Shown one piece after another: positions 60,941-64,000 of a stretch of 64,000 nt of DNA (position 1 is its first letter; every line of letters begins with the position of its first letter). The notes beneath the pieces are model-generated. The model had not been told where the DNA came from. It saw nothing but the letters and a program-made list of their open reading frames with translations, and made no database searches. A program made the position numbers and the translations under genes. Source of the DNA: Candidatus Latescibacterota bacterium (GTDB taxonomy: Bacteria; Latescibacterota; UBA2968); NCBI GenBank assembly GCA_965205975.1, contig OZ242195.1, forward strand, positions 3,456,001 through 3,520,000, written 5' to 3'.

Positions 60941-63448
60941 TCACCGATTATTCCACTCAATTGTAAAACCCGTACTTTCTTCAAACGCTATCGTGCGTGT
61001 ATCGGCATCCTCTGGCACCATCGCCACCGGCACCACCACGCGATTTTCATTCAGATAAATTTTCGCCGCACCGCGCACGACACATTCTTCCGGTGTCATT
61101 GCCCGCGCTTCCCGGGCAATCTCATCTTGATTGGCAGACGGACGTACCCGAATCTCCCACCCGATCCTCTCGCCCACCACGTCTAACACCTCCCGATAGC
61201 GTTCGCCCACCTGTTGGGAAATAAAAGCCACCTCAATATATGAACCGCTCTTCAGACCCATCTTTGACGGCGCGTGGGGTTGATCCCCAAATGCCCTTCG
61301 GATCTCGCTATATGCTTTATTAATCTCCCATGCATCTGACCTCTTCTCTGGCATTGCGACTTCTGTCTTTACACCCCCTGGCCAATCCAGTATCAAATCA
61401 AAACCCGTCTTTGCCTTAAAACCCGTCGTCGCATCACCGCTTACCCGCTCCCAATCATCCGCCCCATCCTTAGACACGTCAACAGCCAACACCACCGCCT
61501 TTTGATCCAGATGCAGCGCAGGTGCCTTCAAAACCCTTGCACCTGCGGGCACAGCATCTCGCGCCTCTTCAAAAAGCTGCCCCTGATGTGGCGTCTCCCG
61601 CAACCTGAGCGACCAGCCCGTTTCATCCTCTAATTTGGCAAGCATCTCGCCATACTGCTCTCGAACCACATCGGGAAAATAAAAAGCCAGTTCATACACA
61701 CCCTCATCTATGTATGCGCTGCACTTAAACAATCCCGCCTCGGGCGGAAAAATCGACATAATATGCGCGCGGGCCTCATTCATCTCCATCGGCCCGGCTT
61801 CTGACACCTCTTTTGGATGGAACAAAAACGCACGCCGATAATCCGGCTCAAAAAACGCCCTCGAATCCGCCAACAACAACCGAAAAGCCTCCACCTCTGA
61901 AGGCGTCGTCATCTCCGTACCGAACCACATCTCCGCCAATTCCTGTGCGCGAAACGGCCCCTTCGCGCCCGTTTCCAACACATAATTGTGTACCTCCGCA
62001 AGCGTATCATCGCTCAGCGCTCTTCCGCCTGCAATACCCGCCCGTGAAACGCGCCGACCATAGCCGCGTTGTCGCATCGCCCCCATTGCCTCCACGGAAT
62101 ATGCACCGCCATTTTCTGGCAACTGCACGCCCTCTGGCAAATACACATCCACCATCGAAGACAGTGCGCCGCGCGCCTCTGCATCGCCGTGTACCAGAAA
62201 ACAGGTACGCGGTTTCAACCTCTGAACCAACCCCGTCAGTTCACCTCCATCTGCATGCGCCGAAAGCGAATAGGGTTCTACCTGACACGCCACGGATATG
62301 CGCTGCCCATTCAGCATCAACGCCCGCTCTTCGGAATCCTTCGCCTGCATCAGATCCAACAACGCACGCCCGGGAGACTCCTCATCCTGATACCCCGTTA
62401 TAGCAATCAAATTCGCCGCATCGCTGGCCAAATGCTCGGCATAAAAACTCGACGCGCCTCCGATCAACATCCCCGAAGACGCCACAATACAACACGGCGG
62501 CCCCGACAAAACACGGCGGCGATCAGCCGGTGACGACACCGCTCCCACAGCATCCGAATAAAAAATATCCTCATCTCGCGCCACCCTGCGCCGCACCGCT
62601 GGCGCGAGATCATCGCCAAACGTCGAATACACCGCATTGACCGACCGCACCATCCCATCGACAAACACGGGAAACTCGGGAATCTGCTTGCGCCGCATCG
62701 CCCGTGCCAAAATTAGAATAACCTCCTGAGAACGCCCCACAGCAAAAGCGGGAACCAGCACCTTGCCGCCCGCTTCAATCACCTCGGCCACGCGCAATGC
62801 AAGCGCGGCCTCTTGCTGGGCGCGATCTGCATGTTGACGATTGCCATACGTCGATTCCATCACCATCACATCGGGTCGGCACTGCGGCACAACCATACCC
62901 GGAATCGTCAGCTGATTGGCAACCGACACATCGCCCGTCATCAAAACACTTTCCCGCACCCCCTCAATATAGATCAACGCCGCACCCAGAATATGCCCGG
63001 CGGGAATCCACGTCGCGGTCAACGCGCCATCGCAAATCGGCACTGTTGCAAGCCACGGCACATCCACCATACGCCCCAAAGCCTCATCGGCTGCCTCGGG
63101 CGGATAAAGCGGCAACTCGCCATCCCGGTCTTGCGCCATCAATTTCACGGCATCTGACAACAACACCCGTGTAATCGCCTGCGTTGCAGGCGTACAATAC
63201 ACCTTCACACCCGCCGGCAAACTATTCACCAAAACCGGCAACGCACCCGTGTGATCGGTATGCGCGTGTGTAAGCAGCACCTCATCGGGCATACCCACAT
63301 CGTCCAGCACAGAAAAATTGGGCAACTGCGATCCCTGTGCAGCACCCATTCGAATACCCGCATCCACCAGAATGCGTCGCCCTTCGATCTCAATCAATGT
63401 GCAGGAAGCACCGACCTCGTCGGCACCGCCCAAAAAGTGGAGTTTCAT
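60941..63448 (-). CDS. MBL-fold beta-CASP ribonuclease with a C-terminal extension of about 370 aa
   Basis: LGGADEVGASC, THAHTDH, AGHILGA, ESTYG, FAVGRSQE, SAHAD, LVHGD. Confidence 0.9.
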   Translation of the reverse strand: MKLHFLGGADEVGASCTLIEIEGRRILVDAGIRMGAAQGSQLPNFSVLDDVGMPDEVLLTHAHTDHTGALPVLVNSLPAGVKVYCTPATQAITRVLLSDAVKLMAQDRDGELPLYPPEAADEALGRMVDVPWLATVPICDGALTATWIPAGHILGAALIYIEGVRESVLMTGDVSVANQLTIPGMVVPQCRPDVMVMESTYGNRQHADRAQQEAALALRVAEVIEAGGKVLVPAFAVGRSQEVILILARAMRRKQIPEFPVFVDGMVRSVNAVYSTFGDDLAPAVRRRVARDEDIFYSDAVGAVSSPADRRRVLSGPPCCIVASSGMLIGGASSFYAEHLASDAANLIAITGYQDEESPGRALLDLMQAKDSEERALMLNGQRISVACQVEPYSLSAHADGGELTGLVQRLKPRTCFLVHGDAEARGALSSMVDVYLPEGVQLPENGGAYSVEAMGAMRQRGYGRRVSRAGIAGGRALSDDTLAEVHNYVLETGAKGPFRAQELAEMWFGTEMTTPSEVEAFRLLLADSRAFFEPDYRRAFLFHPKEVSEAGPMEMNEARAHIMSIFPPEAGLFKCSAYIDEGVYELAFYFPDVVREQYGEMLAKLEDETGWSLRLRETPHQGQLFEEARDAVPAGARVLKAPALHLDQKAVVLAVDVSKDGADDWERVSGDATTGFKAKTGFDLILDWPGGVKTEVAMPEKRSDAWEINKAYSEIRRAFGDQPHAPSKMGLKSGSYIEVAFISQQVGERYREVLDVVGERIGWEIRVRPSANQDEIAREARAMTPEECVVRGAAKIYLNENRVVVPVAMVPEDADTRTIAFEESTGFTIEWNNR

Positions 63449-63506
63449 GAAATAGTTGTCCCAAAAACTAAAATACGCTATTTTTTCCAGACAGGAGGTA
63501 ATCGCT

Positions 63507-64000
63507 TTGATCGACATTCAAATCCAAAAAGAGAAAACACTTCCCGAAGAACCCGTCACAATCGAGCAATTTCTGGCCTGGTGTGAAGAAGACATTTGGG
63601 CCGAATGGGTGGATGGAGAAGTCATTATCATGTCGCCAGCATCGCGTAAACACCAGCAAATTGCAGATTTTTTATCCGCCATTCTTCGGATCTTTTCAGA
63701 AACCAAAAACCTGGGCCTCGCCATCAGTGCGCCCTTCTCCATGCGCCTCGATGAACCCTCCGCAATTCGAGAACCCGACCTGCTATTCATCAGCACAGCA
63801 AATTTGCACCGTCTCAAAGAAAGCTATCTCGACGGCCCGGCAGATATTGCAATCGAAATCGTCTCGCCTGAAAGTATTGAACGCGACCGAGAAGACAAAT
63901 TTACCGAATATGAACAGGCGGGTATCTCAGAATACTGGCTCATCGATCTCGTTCACGAACAAGCCGAATTTTATATTTTGCAACAGGGAAGATATCATCT
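63507..64000 (+). CDS. Uma2 family endonuclease (runs off window end)
   Basis: Manual translation ...FLAWCEEDIWAEWVDGEVIIMSPASRKHQ...EPDLLF...IEIVSPES...EYWLID; GGAGG RBS, TTG start. Confidence 0.88.
   Translation, partial: MIDIQIQKEKTLPEEPVTIEQFLAWCEEDIWAEWVDGEVIIMSPASRKHQQIADFLSAILRIFSETKNLGLAISAPFSMRLDEPSAIREPDLLFISTANLHRLKESYLDGPADIAIEIVSPESIERDREDKFTEYEQAGISEYWLIDLVHEQAEFYILQQGRYH

Noticed and set aside
1..64000. tRNA, rRNA, integrase or prophage genes
   Set aside because: None recognised by eye

Overview
Bacterial chromosomal window from a sulfatase-rich organism (a marine or sponge-associated lineage is possible but not determinable here). Host catabolic genes (five sulfatases, glycoside hydrolases, esterase, peptidases) and an argR-vapC-argC-argB-argD operon flank two accessory blocks. 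The first is a defence island at about 10.4-18.1 kb (HigBA, McrBC, a stand-alone TIR gene, a fused BsuBI/PstI-type R-M gene). The second is a type III-B CRISPR-Cas locus at about 23.9-43.8 kb: cas6, cmr1-6, Cas10 with intact GGDD and no HD domain, two APE2256-type CARF genes, a 39-repeat array, CAPP primase-polymerase, cas1 and cas2. The main finding is a regulatory circuit readable in the DNA. A CARF(NE0113)-AAA+-HTH sigma54 enhancer-binding protein heads the locus, and three near-consensus sigma54 (-24/-12) promoters each have a pair of GTGC-N6-GCAC palindromes about 100-140 bp upstream. They precede cas6, a DUF1232 gene (and cmr), and a separate one-spacer mini-array. The mini-array's 38-nt spacer matches exactly a host REP element at 49993-50030, in the predicted 5' UTR of a K+ channel gene, in the orientation a type III complex would bind. 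This suggests a ligand-gated sigma54 regulon that induces a self-targeting crRNA (feedback amplifier or host-gene silencer); function is inferred, not shown.
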